Translations under genes and position numbers: made by a program
Assembly: GCA_043824495.1 (NCBI GenBank)
Contig: JBDRSV010000024.1
Location: 107,816 to 171,815 of the forward strand
Origin: Candidatus Aenigmatarchaeota archaeon
GTDB taxonomy: Archaea; Aenigmatarchaeota; Aenigmatarchaeia; QMZP01
Length of the DNA: 64,000 nt
Reading direction: 5' to 3'
The notes under the pieces: model-generated
The model's database searches: none
Told to the model about the DNA's origin: nothing
Seen by the model: only the letters and a program-made list of their open reading frames with translations
Shown here: piece by piece, positions 20,176 to 30,274 of the stretch
Position numbering within the stretch: the stretch's first letter is position 1
Layout of the letters: every line of letters begins with the position of its first letter

Positions 20176-20829
20176 ATGACAAAACCAATCGCACTATCGG
20201 CAAGTAGCATAAGACTTTTCCTAGAGTGCCCTCGATGCTTCTGGCTGCATATAAACAAGAAGGTAAGAAGGCCTTCGGGAGCTTTCCCATCGTTGCCAGC
20301 GGGTATGGACAAGATACTCAAGATACACTTTGATGAGTACAGGGAGAAAGGCAAGATACCAAAAGAGCTAGAAGGCAAATTCAGCGGCAAGCTTTTTGGT
20401 GATACAGAAATATTGGGTGTGTGGCGTAACAACAGAAAAGGGCTAAGACATACAGACAAAAAGAGTGGCATTATTCTCATGGGAGCGTTAGATGACCTCT
20501 TTGTCACCAATAATGGACAGTTTGCACCATTGGACTTCAAAACAAGAGGCTATCCCCTCAAGGAAGACACACATGAACACTATCAGCACCAGATGGACAT
20601 TTACTCATATCTTCTAGAAAAGAACAACATGAAGACTGCAGGCTATGCAATACTCATATTCTACCATCCGAAACGTGTTACAAGCACATGCAATGTTGAG
20701 TTTAATGCAGACCCTTTGAAGGTGAAGACCAGCATAAAGGACGGTGAGAAGATATTTTTGGATGCTGTAAAATGCCTTTCGGGGAAAGAGCCCAATCCTG
20801 GCAAGGACTGTGGGTTTTGTAGATGGTGA
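20176..20829 (+). CDS. PD-(D/E)XK nuclease (RecB/Cas4-like fold)
   Basis: LSASSI...ECPRCF; GALDDL...PLDFKT; HQMDIYSYLL; C-terminal CGFC. Confidence 0.85.
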   Translation: MTKPIALSASSIRLFLECPRCFWLHINKKVRRPSGAFPSLPAGMDKILKIHFDEYREKGKIPKELEGKFSGKLFGDTEILGVWRNNRKGLRHTDKKSGIILMGALDDLFVTNNGQFAPLDFKTRGYPLKEDTHEHYQHQMDIYSYLLEKNNMKTAGYAILIFYHPKRVTSTCNVEFNADPLKVKTSIKDGEKIFLDAVKCLSGKEPNPGKDCGFCRW

Positions 20830-20936
20830 TTCAAATCTATTTTCAGTGTCAAACAAACCTATTTAAATAAAACAGACCACTTTCTATTGGAACTAATTAA
20901 ATATATACCAACTGAAACCAATAATTAATAGTTCAT

Positions 20937-21569
20937 ATGCTTATGGACGAACGAAAACCAGAAATAAAAATTGTAGATAGGTCATTCTTACTTTACCTTC
21001 TATCGAAGGCCCAAGAAGCTAAAGCAGAATTAGGTAGAACCTTATTACAGAAATTTGTTTTCGCTACTGAGGTTACTACGAAAGGAAAGGGTGGTGGAGG
21101 GCTAAATTATTATATTTATAAATGGAAACATGGTCCATTTAGCAAAGAGCTTGCACAAGATAGAGAAGTTCTTCTAAAAAACAATTTAATAACAGATAGT
21201 AATGAACTTACAAAAGAAGGGCATAAAATATTATCATATATTAATCCCATTGTTGATAAAGATTCGGAATCTAAAGCCGTAATAAGTGTAATAACTAAAA
21301 CTCTTTCTGGGAGAAGCTTGTCTCATATATTAGAAATTATTTATAAGTCCGATTTTGATCTCCCAAATGGGAAAAGAATGAAAATAAAGACAATACCAGA
21401 GGGGACTCCAATGATTTTCAGATCGGAAGAACGAGATGTTAAAAACAGATCTCTCTTCACAGAATCTACGATAGAAACACTGGCCATAATGATGAATAAG
21501 GAAAAACATTCTTCTCTTAAGAAAGCCATGTCAATGCCGATGATAGGAGAATTCAAATATGATATATGA
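20937..21569 (+). CDS. Panacea/SocA-like (DUF4065) antitoxin
   Basis: GRTLLQKFVF...YKWKHGPFSKEL pattern. Confidence 0.65.
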   Translation: MLMDERKPEIKIVDRSFLLYLLSKAQEAKAELGRTLLQKFVFATEVTTKGKGGGGLNYYIYKWKHGPFSKELAQDREVLLKNNLITDSNELTKEGHKILSYINPIVDKDSESKAVISVITKTLSGRSLSHILEIIYKSDFDLPNGKRMKIKTIPEGTPMIFRSEERDVKNRSLFTESTIETLAIMMNKEKHSSLKKAMSMPMIGEFKYDI

Positions 21570-21964
21570 TAAAAAAAAGATTTCTTGAAACTAGCGGATT
21601 TCGTGAATTCTTCCAAAGTTTGAGCGATTTCGACAAAAAAAATGTTAAAAAAATTATAGAAAAAATAAGAGAACGTGTGGAGTATAATATACTTAAACCA
21701 GATAGTTTTCTTCGCTATGAGTTTGCAGGCACGCGGAAAGAAAGAAGAGAAAGACTTAGAGTATTCTATCGCGTGTGTGAGGAATGCCGAAGACTAGGTC
21801 ATGATAAAATCGAAGGCAGATGTCACGATTGCCCAAGAGAAGACGATATCATTTGTCTTATATGGGGAGACGATATTCGAGACGATGAAACATATAAAGA
21901 TAAAACAATGCTTGACAGACCAGGAGCTAAAATAGATAAGAGGTCAAATGAATTCTGTGAATGA
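21566..21964 (+). CDS. RelE/ParE-like toxin with a Cys-rich insertion
   Basis: FREFFQSL...RLRVFYRVCEECRRLGH...CHDC...ICLIW; overlaps the antitoxin stop by 4 bp. Confidence 0.55.
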   Translation: MIKKRFLETSGFREFFQSLSDFDKKNVKKIIEKIRERVEYNILKPDSFLRYEFAGTRKERRERLRVFYRVCEECRRLGHDKIEGRCHDCPREDDIICLIWGDDIRDDETYKDKTMLDRPGAKIDKRSNEFCE

Positions 21965-22001
21965 ATTAATTTTTTATTTTACGGCGATTTTGGCCTAAAA
22001 C

Positions 22002-22235
22002 CTATCTATCAACAGTCTCTACCCACGGCGCTTTTCTCTCAGGCAGTTTACTTCCTTTGATCACTATCTTGAATTTTAGTGGATTAGTAATATGCTTTCT
22101 GAATTCGTCTTTCCTCATTTCTGTCAAGTGTCTGACTATCTCAACAACATTGAGTCTGTATTCTTCGCTGAATCCTTCTTTTGGTGGTTTAGGGTCCTTT
22201 ATTCTAATGTCTTTTAGAATTATATCTACCATCAT
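22002..22235 (-). CDS. Small hypothetical protein
   Basis: 77-aa ORF co-oriented with the upstream genes. Confidence 0.5.
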   Translation of the reverse strand: MMVDIILKDIRIKDPKPPKEGFSEEYRLNVVEIVRHLTEMRKDEFRKHITNPLKFKIVIKGSKLPERKAPWVETVDR

Positions 22236-22258
22236 TATATTTGGAGCAAAGAAATAAA

Positions 22259-22564
22259 TTAGCTTTCAATTCGCGTGGGGAGCCCCGATTCTCTGAGGCG
22301 TTTTATACGTTCCTCATGAGTCATTTTACCTGTGCCTCTTTCTATAGAGTCCTTTATTTCTGTTTTAGATGCTTTGCATTCAGGACATTTGGTATGGACA
22401 TCGAGCTTTTCTGGATGATATTTTGGTATCAATTTACTTCTTCCTGCAGCATGAGCTCTCCCTTCGCTATACCAATCAAGTGTTTTGGTAATATCAATAT
22501 CCGCCTTTTTACAGAATGGGCACCTGATACTTTCTCTTGTAAATTCAGGTTTTGATCTTGTCAT
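22259..22564 (-). CDS. Zn-ribbon protein
   Basis: CPFC...CPEC. Confidence 0.65.
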   Translation of the reverse strand: MTRSKPEFTRESIRCPFCKKADIDITKTLDWYSEGRAHAAGRSKLIPKYHPEKLDVHTKCPECKASKTEIKDSIERGTGKMTHEERIKRLRESGLPTRIES

Positions 22565-22569
22565 ATATC

Positions 22570-25296
22570 TTATATTTTCTCTATTATTTTCTTCTCTTCT
22601 TCTGTTATCCCGTATATTCTATATATATATGAATCTATTTCTTTGTCAATTCTTTGTATCTCATTTTCTATATGTACTCTTCTATCCGTTTTTTTGTCAC
22701 CTATCTCATTTAAACTGTTATTCATAGAAATTATTTTATCAACTAAGTTAATGACATCTTTCTCTGTTTCTTTACTAACTAGTTTAATAGGAAATTTCTT
22801 CGTATTAGCAATTAGTATTTTTTGGAATAGCCTTTTTGAAGGATCTAAATATTTCTCTTTATGGTAAAAAGTCATTAGCTTTGAGTTTAAAATTGCTAGA
22901 ATATATTTAATTTGATCAGAACTACCGTTCTTGGGTATTATATTAAATCCTATTTGTGTGTTATATAACTCCTTTTCGGTATATCCAGCGTATATTTTTG
23001 GAGGTTTACCACTGATAATCTGTCTCACGACTATACGAGGTTTTAAGAAAAATCTCTGTTCTCTGGGAGCGCCTAGCCATTTCCCATAACTAATATATTC
23101 TGTTTGGTTCCATTTTATACCATATCTTATAATGCCTGCTCCAGATAAGAGGGGTTTGAAAGTTTCATTCTTTTTTGTTTCTGAATGAAAAACTTTATTT
23201 TTTATTTGATCTTGTGTATGACCTTTGTATTTATCATAAGGTGTTAATCCTAGCGAGAAATCGCACAAATCTATCAAAGGTTTTGTACCTTCTTCAATCT
23301 TTTTAATTATTTTACTTATAGTAGGATTTCGAGATATATTGATAATGTTATCACGACTCCAGTCTAGTTGATTAAATGTTGTGTATGTATTGCAATTTTC
23401 TTTGTCTATGAAACTTATCTTTTCTTCACTAGGATAAATCAAAAGTTCACATTTAGTACTTTTTGTTGGCTTCTTTTTTTGGTATATGAGTATTATGGTC
23501 TCTACTTTAGCCTTCTCAAAAACATTATCAGGAAGTCTCACAATCTTTTTAAGAGTCGCTTCGTTTAATAGTAATTTTCTTATTTTTGAATATGATTGAT
23601 TATATAGGATTGAATTCGGTATAATAAAACCGAAGTATCCTCCATTCTTTAGTAGACGGAAAGATTTTTCAACAAAAACTGAGTACAGATTCATTCTATT
23701 TTCTACTGTTTCATATGCCGAAAATAAATATTTAACAATTAGAGGATCTAGCTGTTTTATATCTACATACGGTGGATTACCAATTATAATATCAAAGGAA
23801 CCTCCTTCAAAATCGTCTATCCATTTAAAAGAGTCTAATCCAGCAACCTCTTCAGCATCTATTAAACTGTTTCCATGACATATATGAGTATCAATCTCTG
23901 TGGGTAGTTTTCTTCCCTTTTCTGCAGCCTTCAGTAATAAATTCAGTTTTGTTATTTCTACTGCTTTATTGTCTAAGTCCACACCGTAAAAGTTATTCTT
24001 AAGCATGTGTGTTTTAACTGAATAAATTCCCTGATAATCTAATCTCATTTGTTTTGCTTCTGGTTTTTGCATCATACTATTCAACAAATGATCAAAAGAC
24101 TTTATTAAGAATGAACCAGAACCACACGCAGGGTCTAATATTTTAATTTCTAATGGCTTCGTTTTTTTATCTGTTATTAACTCTCCTAAAGTGTTTCTAA
24201 TAATATAATCTACTACATAAGTCGGTGTGTAATAAATGCCTTGTTCCTTTCTATGTAGTCTCGAATCTCTTAATTGAGCTTTCCCTGATTTCTTTTGATC
24301 AAGAATTAGACCCAAGTATTGCTCATAAACTTGACCTAGAACATCAGCATCTATCCAGTCAAAATTATAAATGTATGTTTTGTCTTTCGATTCGTATAAA
24401 TAATAAATTAAATTTTTAATTATAGATCCGTTGATATTGATTGTATCACAATCATTATCTCTCGATATAGCAAACAAACCACTGTTATATACATCATCAT
24501 ATGTTTTGAATATTTCCTTCAGTTTTGTGTAAGCTTTACTATCATGTAGGTGTTTTATATCGCTAAGTATAACACCATCAGGATTTATGTTTATGTCTTC
24601 ACAGCGTCGAATAAATATAAGTCTGTCTAGAATTCTCTGGACTATATCATCCTTCTCATCAATAGAATACTTTTTTGCATAGGTTTTCTCAATGTCGCTA
24701 GCAATTAAACTTCTTATAAGCATCAAATCATTAAGCAGGGTTTTATCGATAGAAACCCTTTTCTTCAATCTACCTTCATCTTCAGCTTTTTTAAGGATAA
24801 TATTTTCTTCAAAACTGTTTTTTGATAAGAAAAGCAAATCTTCAAAGCTGTTGATATAATCTTCTGGGGTATTGAAAACTCGGAATTTATTTCTTATAGA
24901 ATTTTCTTCCTCTACACAAAATATTCTTGTTTCTTCAAAGTTGGTTGATACTGCAAAAGGTACTCTCTTTGATAGTGCATATGATATTACTTGTTTATCC
25001 GCTTCTCTATCTAAAGATACACCAACCTTTTTGACTTCAAGAAAGAAAACAGTTCTGCCATTAATCTTAAAGGCGTAATCTGCGCGTCCTCTTTGACTTC
25101 CTCTATGTGCTTGAGACTGTTTATCAAAATCATTTCGCTCCCAACCAAGCAACTGAAAAAGAGGTTCAATTAATCTAGTTTCTGTATCAGCTTCTGACAG
25201 TTTTTTATATGATTCTTTGTCAGCGTTGAATTCGTTAATTAATTTTTGAATTTCCTCCTTAATGATCTCTTTATCCATATAATTAGAATGAAACAA
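22570..25296 (-). CDS. Type IIG (Eco57I-like) fused restriction endonuclease/N6-adenine methyltransferase
   Basis: N-terminal HsdR_N-like ADY...LEVKK; ILDPACGSGSFL; IIGNPPY; TaqI_C-like TRD. Confidence 0.9.
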   Translation of the reverse strand: MFHSNYMDKEIIKEEIQKLINEFNADKESYKKLSEADTETRLIEPLFQLLGWERNDFDKQSQAHRGSQRGRADYAFKINGRTVFFLEVKKVGVSLDREADKQVISYALSKRVPFAVSTNFEETRIFCVEEENSIRNKFRVFNTPEDYINSFEDLLFLSKNSFEENIILKKAEDEGRLKKRVSIDKTLLNDLMLIRSLIASDIEKTYAKKYSIDEKDDIVQRILDRLIFIRRCEDININPDGVILSDIKHLHDSKAYTKLKEIFKTYDDVYNSGLFAISRDNDCDTININGSIIKNLIYYLYESKDKTYIYNFDWIDADVLGQVYEQYLGLILDQKKSGKAQLRDSRLHRKEQGIYYTPTYVVDYIIRNTLGELITDKKTKPLEIKILDPACGSGSFLIKSFDHLLNSMMQKPEAKQMRLDYQGIYSVKTHMLKNNFYGVDLDNKAVEITKLNLLLKAAEKGRKLPTEIDTHICHGNSLIDAEEVAGLDSFKWIDDFEGGSFDIIIGNPPYVDIKQLDPLIVKYLFSAYETVENRMNLYSVFVEKSFRLLKNGGYFGFIIPNSILYNQSYSKIRKLLLNEATLKKIVRLPDNVFEKAKVETIILIYQKKKPTKSTKCELLIYPSEEKISFIDKENCNTYTTFNQLDWSRDNIINISRNPTISKIIKKIEEGTKPLIDLCDFSLGLTPYDKYKGHTQDQIKNKVFHSETKKNETFKPLLSGAGIIRYGIKWNQTEYISYGKWLGAPREQRFFLKPRIVVRQIISGKPPKIYAGYTEKELYNTQIGFNIIPKNGSSDQIKYILAILNSKLMTFYHKEKYLDPSKRLFQKILIANTKKFPIKLVSKETEKDVINLVDKIISMNNSLNEIGDKKTDRRVHIENEIQRIDKEIDSYIYRIYGITEEEKKIIEKI

Positions 25297-25433
25297 ATTC
25301 TAATAAGCTTTATCTTCACCAATAATTTCTGTTTCTCCTTTTCTGCCGCTGTACAAGTTCTGGTTCAGTGCGGTTCAACTTAGTTCAACTGAACTGTAGA
25401 AAACTTTATAAGCCCTATAAACAAGGATAATGT

Positions 25434-26453
25434 ATGCAAAAAAAATATTCAGCAGATTGGCTTGAAAAAGCTGAGATTGTGAAAAGAAAAATAAAGGACC
25501 TACAACTGGATCCAGAAAATGTTAGGTTTAGCCATATACCACAAATTCATAAGAGCACAAAAAACATAGAAGAAATAATGAAGGAGGATGACGGCATCTT
25601 TGACCTTTATGATCAAATACTTTCTTCAAATGGTATTATAGAGCCTATTGTAATTGATTCAAATAATATGGTCATCGAGGGTAATCGAAGATTAACTTGT
25701 TTGAGGCTCTTGGATGACCAGGCAAAAAAAGGAGAATTAGATGATGAAGGCATATCTAGAACCCAGTTTGAAGAGGTGCAATGCAGACTCTTGCCTAAAA
25801 TAGATGACGAAACAAGGGATCTTTTCCTTGCAACAATACATGTGAAAGGCAAGAAGCCTTGGAAAAGATTTAATAAAGCCAAGCATATATACAGGCTTAA
25901 CAGAATGCACAAAATAAGTTATGACGAAATAGCAAGACTTCTTGGGATGGGAAAAGCCACCGTCCAGAGAAATGTTTCTGTTTATGTGGAGGTCAGTAAA
26001 TATCACACAAGATTCTCTGACGATAAAGAATGGTTTAAGAAATTCATGCTCTATGAGCAGTTTTTTATGAGAAAAGATTTAAGAGATTTTAGAGAAGATC
26101 AAGAAAACATAAACATTTTTGCTAAATGGGTTTATTCTGGAAAATTTCAAAATCATAAAGATATTAGAAGATTATATGAAGTCCTAAATGATGAGGACTC
26201 AAAAAATGAATTTGAAAAGACAAATATGGAGAACGCCATAAAAACATTGGAAACCAAGAATCCTGAGCTCGTAGACGCTGACTTTAAGAAAATAAACGAC
26301 ACTATAAGTGTTTTACAAGAAATTTCAAGAGCTAAGCTCAATGATATTGTCTCAAACCCAGAGAAAATAAAACTATTAAATTCGCTTGAGCATGAACTGA
26401 AAAACTTACTGATTGATATAGAAAGCAGAAAAGACAGCTTAAGGAAAAAATAA
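25434..26453 (+). CDS. ParB/Srx N-terminal domain protein
   Basis: IIEPIVID...VIEGNRRLTCL; HTH-like segment ISYDEIARLLGMGKATV. Confidence 0.75.
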   Translation: MQKKYSADWLEKAEIVKRKIKDLQLDPENVRFSHIPQIHKSTKNIEEIMKEDDGIFDLYDQILSSNGIIEPIVIDSNNMVIEGNRRLTCLRLLDDQAKKGELDDEGISRTQFEEVQCRLLPKIDDETRDLFLATIHVKGKKPWKRFNKAKHIYRLNRMHKISYDEIARLLGMGKATVQRNVSVYVEVSKYHTRFSDDKEWFKKFMLYEQFFMRKDLRDFREDQENINIFAKWVYSGKFQNHKDIRRLYEVLNDEDSKNEFEKTNMENAIKTLETKNPELVDADFKKINDTISVLQEISRAKLNDIVSNPEKIKLLNSLEHELKNLLIDIESRKDSLRKK

Positions 26454-26454
26454 T

Positions 26455-26541
26455 GACCAGGGTGGTGGAAGGGGCGACTGACGGGTGGCCCTCCATAACT
26501 TCCTTTGTCAGGAAGCGAACACGGTAAAACGTGCCCTGGTC
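26455..26541 (+). ncRNA. Candidate structured RNA (four-way junction)
   Basis: Closing stem GACCAGGG/CCCTGGTC enclosing three hairpins; GC-rich within AT-rich DNA. Confidence 0.35.
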
Positions 26542-26611
26542 TTCATAATCTTAATGTTTGATTAATATTTATATGTTATTTATATATTCTTTTTCTATCT
26601 TATTAACTAAT

Positions 26612-26830
26612 CTATAGTTTCCAATAAGTAACTCCACCTCTGGTTTTACCTCTAGATAAGTACCCGCGTTTAAATAATCTCTTAAGTGTTTTATCTGCAC
26701 TATGCCAACTCATTTTCGTTCTTTTCGCTATCTTATTTGTTGTTATGGGTCTCTGGGTTCTTCTAAGAAGATTAAGTATAGCAGATTCCTTTGGACTGAA
26801 TCTTGAATGTCCGTTTACCATTTTAATCAC
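26612..26830 (-). CDS. Small winged-HTH protein
   Basis: ITTNKIAKRTKMSWHSADKTLKRLFKRGYL. Confidence 0.7.
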   Translation of the reverse strand: MIKMVNGHSRFSPKESAILNLLRRTQRPITTNKIAKRTKMSWHSADKTLKRLFKRGYLSRGKTRGGVTYWKL

Positions 26831-27089
26831 GCCTTATCAACTTGAAGCTGACTTTAATATCTTTCTTGTCCTTAAGTGGAATTGGAGTTTCTACAGTATA
26901 CTCTAAAAGATCTTCTTCAGAGAATTTTATTGCATCCGATATCTCTCTTGGAAACCTCACGAAAAACAAGTCTCGTGAGTCCTTGCTTATTTTTGCTGAT
27001 TTTGTTATAATCTCTTTATCATATGGGAGCTCTTTTTCCAGTGATCTCTTTTTTTCAGGTTTTTCCCATTGTATGTTTTTTCTTCCCAT
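26823..27089 (-). CDS. AbrB/MazE-like DNA-binding protein
   Basis: FFVRFPREISDAIKFSEEDLLEY. Confidence 0.55.
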   Translation of the reverse strand: MGRKNIQWEKPEKKRSLEKELPYDKEIITKSAKISKDSRDLFFVRFPREISDAIKFSEEDLLEYTVETPIPLKDKKDIKVSFKLIRRD

Positions 27090-27267
27090 ACTTAATATAT
27101 TGCATGTGTTCTTTATAAAAGTTATGGTGTATTTTTAAAGCTTTGTATGCAAAATGCAAACCTTTATAAGGATAAACATTCTAAATTACATATGTAACTT
27201 ACAAACTCATAAAATATAAGGAGGTGATAACGAGACTGGCGATAAGGTATAACTTCGCCAGTCTCTC

Positions 27268-28278
27268 ATGCTTATGAAAACGAAACAACTTACTTTAGAT
27301 CGAGACTGGAGCCAATATAACTTGGCCCAAACACAGGAGAAACTTCTATTCATGAGAATACTGAGTGATGCCGTTAATTCCATGAATATAGAATATACAT
27401 ACAAAGGCAACGGAAGACCAAGCATAGGCATAGAGGACATGATAAAAGTCCTCGTGATAAAGGTTTTCAACGGCTTCTCGCAGAGGAGGACAATACCAGA
27501 TTTGTATATGGCTAAAGGTTTAGGCTACATACCTGAAGTCCCACACTTCAATTCCATAAGCAACTACTTCAACAGCACTGAATTGACTTATTATCTTGAG
27601 CAGCTCTACAGGATATTGGCTATGCCATTCATTCCTATAGAACAGTACTTTGCTATCGATTCTACTGGTTTTGGTAAATACAATACCAATTGGACTGCCA
27701 GCAAATATAAAAACGCAAGCATGAGAAGCTTCAACAAGCTGCATATAATATGCGGAGTGCGGACAAACATAATTGTGATAGCTAAAGTGACAGATGCACA
27801 CCAACACGATTCTCTTCAGTTTCCTAAGATGCTTAAGGAGACATGCAAAATATTCACAGTAAAAGAGATCTCTGCAGACAAAGGATATCTAGCACTCTAT
27901 AATGTGAATGCAGCTAAAGAATTAGGCGTAGTACCCTACATAATGCCCAAGAAGAACACAAAGTTATATTCCAAAAAGAGATGGGTGGATGGAGAGGCAT
28001 GGGATAGAATGGTACTCATGTGGAGACATAAAGAGGAAGAATTCAGAAAACACTACCATCTGAGATCGAATGTTGAGAGCAGCTTCTCAATGATGAAGAG
28101 GAAGTTTCTTCCTTTCATAAGGAGTAAGAACCCTATTGCACAGAAGAATGAAATTCTGGCTAAGGTTGCTTGTCACAATATATCCGTTCTTGTCCACTCA
28201 ATCTTTGAATTGGGTTTAAACATAGATTTTAAAAATATAGATTCAACAGATGAAAGGAGGGAATATTATGACGCCTGA
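27268..28278 (+). CDS. IS5-family DDE transposase
   Basis: FAIDSTGF; ISADKGY; YHLRSNVESSFSMMKR. Confidence 0.9.
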   Translation: MLMKTKQLTLDRDWSQYNLAQTQEKLLFMRILSDAVNSMNIEYTYKGNGRPSIGIEDMIKVLVIKVFNGFSQRRTIPDLYMAKGLGYIPEVPHFNSISNYFNSTELTYYLEQLYRILAMPFIPIEQYFAIDSTGFGKYNTNWTASKYKNASMRSFNKLHIICGVRTNIIVIAKVTDAHQHDSLQFPKMLKETCKIFTVKEISADKGYLALYNVNAAKELGVVPYIMPKKNTKLYSKKRWVDGEAWDRMVLMWRHKEEEFRKHYHLRSNVESSFSMMKRKFLPFIRSKNPIAQKNEILAKVACHNISVLVHSIFELGLNIDFKNIDSTDERREYYDA

Positions 28279-28684
28279 AGAAGGGATGAAAATATTAAAC
28301 CAGTATCTAAGTGATATGAATAAATTAAGGGAGAAAAGATATTATGAGGGTAAAGATGAATTAAACTTACTTGATAGAAAAATAAAAACTTTCATAAATA
28401 GAGTTTTCCCAGATTATGAAGAAAGGCAGAAAGACTATTATAGAACTGTACATGCTTGGTTTATTGCTACAATGCATGAAGAGACAGAAGAAGAAAAACA
28501 AACGGATTACATGAATCAAATAAGAAAAATGACACTATTTGTCAATACTTTGTTGGATGAATTACAAGTTTTTGGGTTGGCATCAGAAAAATTTGGACCA
28601 ACAAAAACTGAGACAGAAAAAGAAATAAGCGGTGGAATTCCAGGCATTCTAAAAGGTAAATACAAACGAACTAAAAGCGAATAG
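28250..28684 (+). CDS. Hypothetical protein (last passenger gene before the right TIR)
   Basis: 144-aa ORF; likely start 28268 (MTPEE). Confidence 0.65.
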   Translation: MKGGNIMTPEEGMKILNQYLSDMNKLREKRYYEGKDELNLLDRKIKTFINRVFPDYEERQKDYYRTVHAWFIATMHEETEEEKQTDYMNQIRKMTLFVNTLLDELQVFGLASEKFGPTKTETEKEISGGIPGILKGKYKRTKSE

Positions 28685-28753
28685 TAAAAGGTTTTTGTGC
28701 AAAGCCAAGAGTTAAACATAAACTATAAATAAAAGAAGATACAAGAAGTCCAC

Positions 28754-29521
28754 ATGGAACCAATTATATGTTTTGGGCAACAGCCTAATGGAATATTTCC
28801 TAAGAATTTCTTTGTGGCTAAGATAGATTCAGCTAGAAAGCTTCAGCGGGAAATTGGTGGAAAAATAATATGGTTCTGTCACGATTCAGATCATGATCAC
28901 AGAGAAACAAAAACAAGAATAGAATCTAATATGCATAAAGAAGGTTTTGTTGATCTTAACTTCTCGATTAAGAACAAAACCCAAAGGAAATATACTCCTT
29001 TATACCTAAAAGAAATAACTCCGGAATGGAAAGAAGAAACAAGAAAAATTCTAGAAAGAATTGTTTCACTAGAATTGCTTATAATATTCTATTCTGTGAA
29101 TGAAACAAGAGTAGCGGATTTCTGTATAGAGATGTATAAGAGAATGGGATTACTTGATGGTATAGATATTGTAAGAAGTAGTGATCCTAGGTTTAGAGAA
29201 GAAGCAGAGAAGCCAGAAGAAGAATTCATAGATGTGGAATATGATGGAGAAATAGTAAGAGCTAGGTGTATGAAAGATGGGTTATATTTACATGAAGGCG
29301 GAGATAGTTACAAGAAGATGGCGGATATGTGTGATTATTCAAAGAAACAAGTCTCCGCTGCTAGAGATTCTAGGTTTCCCTGGATGCAATCTGTAATTAA
29401 AGCAACTCATTATGTGTATGGAATGTCAGAGAAAGAATATATAAAGAAACAACAAATAGAGATGGTTCCTAGAGATGAAATAGATAAGAAAGATTTTGCA
29501 TTTATTCAATTACTTAAATAA
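28754..29521 (+). CDS. Short BshC-like protein (N-terminal domain similarity only)
   Basis: GQQP...KI...IIWFCHDSDHD resembles the BshC GQQ...VFW...EDHD pattern; only 255 aa. Confidence 0.45.
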   Translation: MEPIICFGQQPNGIFPKNFFVAKIDSARKLQREIGGKIIWFCHDSDHDHRETKTRIESNMHKEGFVDLNFSIKNKTQRKYTPLYLKEITPEWKEETRKILERIVSLELLIIFYSVNETRVADFCIEMYKRMGLLDGIDIVRSSDPRFREEAEKPEEEFIDVEYDGEIVRARCMKDGLYLHEGGDSYKKMADMCDYSKKQVSAARDSRFPWMQSVIKATHYVYGMSEKEYIKKQQIEMVPRDEIDKKDFAFIQLLK

Positions 29522-30184
29522 ATCTAAATTAAGTTCTAGTGGTCTATCAACTATGAAGGATTCTCCATATTTAGAACCAATTAGACTACCTACACTTTGT
29601 CTATAGAAGCTTAGTCTATCTACAACACCTTCTGTTTGTGATTTGTGACAATTTGCTAATTCTTTCCATTTCTCAAAATAGTCTGTTACATCACATACTA
29701 GATTAGGTTCTAGATGTCTTGGAATCATGTAATAAATTACATGTGGAACAAAATGATGATCATGGTCTAATTTGATATTCTTGAATTTAGCTAATCTCAG
29801 TGCATGTTTCACTATATTTCCTGTAGTGAAATGATCAGAGTGAGCTACTCCATCGTGATGCCCTGCATTGTTCTCATAATATGGAGCAAATACAATATCT
29901 GGTTTATGCTTTCTAATAACGGAAGCTATTTTTTCTCTACTTTTATAATTGTCTTCTATTTGACAATCTTTGAAACCGAGGAATTCGAAAGAAGCTCCTG
30001 CGAATTTAGCAGCTTCCTCAACCTCTTTTTCTCGTATTTCAGGAGAACCCTTTGTCCCTGCTTCACCCTTGGTTAGTACAGCTAAGCTAACCTTGAAACC
30101 CTGGTCTACTAGCTTGAGTAGGGTCCCACCCATAGCAAATTCTACATCGTCTGGATGAGCACCAAAAATTAGAACGCTTTTCAT
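29510..30184 (-). CDS. PIG-L family N-acetyl-hexosaminide deacetylase (BshB1/MshB-like)
   Basis: GAHPDDVEFAMGGTL; HSDH. Confidence 0.85.
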   Translation of the reverse strand: MKSVLIFGAHPDDVEFAMGGTLLKLVDQGFKVSLAVLTKGEAGTKGSPEIREKEVEEAAKFAGASFEFLGFKDCQIEDNYKSREKIASVIRKHKPDIVFAPYYENNAGHHDGVAHSDHFTTGNIVKHALRLAKFKNIKLDHDHHFVPHVIYYMIPRHLEPNLVCDVTDYFEKWKELANCHKSQTEGVVDRLSFYRQSVGSLIGSKYGESFIVDRPLELNLDLFK

Positions 30185-30274
30185 GTGTATTTGTTCTCGT
30201 CTGAGTTTATATGCGTTTTTGTATAGAATATAGTGGCATAGATAGATTCAATAACTTTTGTTACTAATGAAAAT

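Larger units (their letters stand above)
19557..28706. mobile_element. 9,150-bp IS5-family (IS903-like) cargo transposon
   Basis: Perfect 16-bp TIRs GGCTTTGCACAAAAAC (19557-19572; 28691-28706); 9-bp TSD AAGAGTTAA (19548-19556; 28707-28715); DDE transposase inside. Confidence 0.9.

Noticed and set aside
20176-20829. Cas4 as part of a CRISPR system
   Set aside because: There are no cas1/cas2 genes or repeat-spacer array in the window, and the Cys layout differs from typical Cas4.
26455-26541. tRNA gene
   Set aside because: It is cloverleaf-like but has no TTC T-loop, D-loop GG placement or 7-nt anticodon loop.
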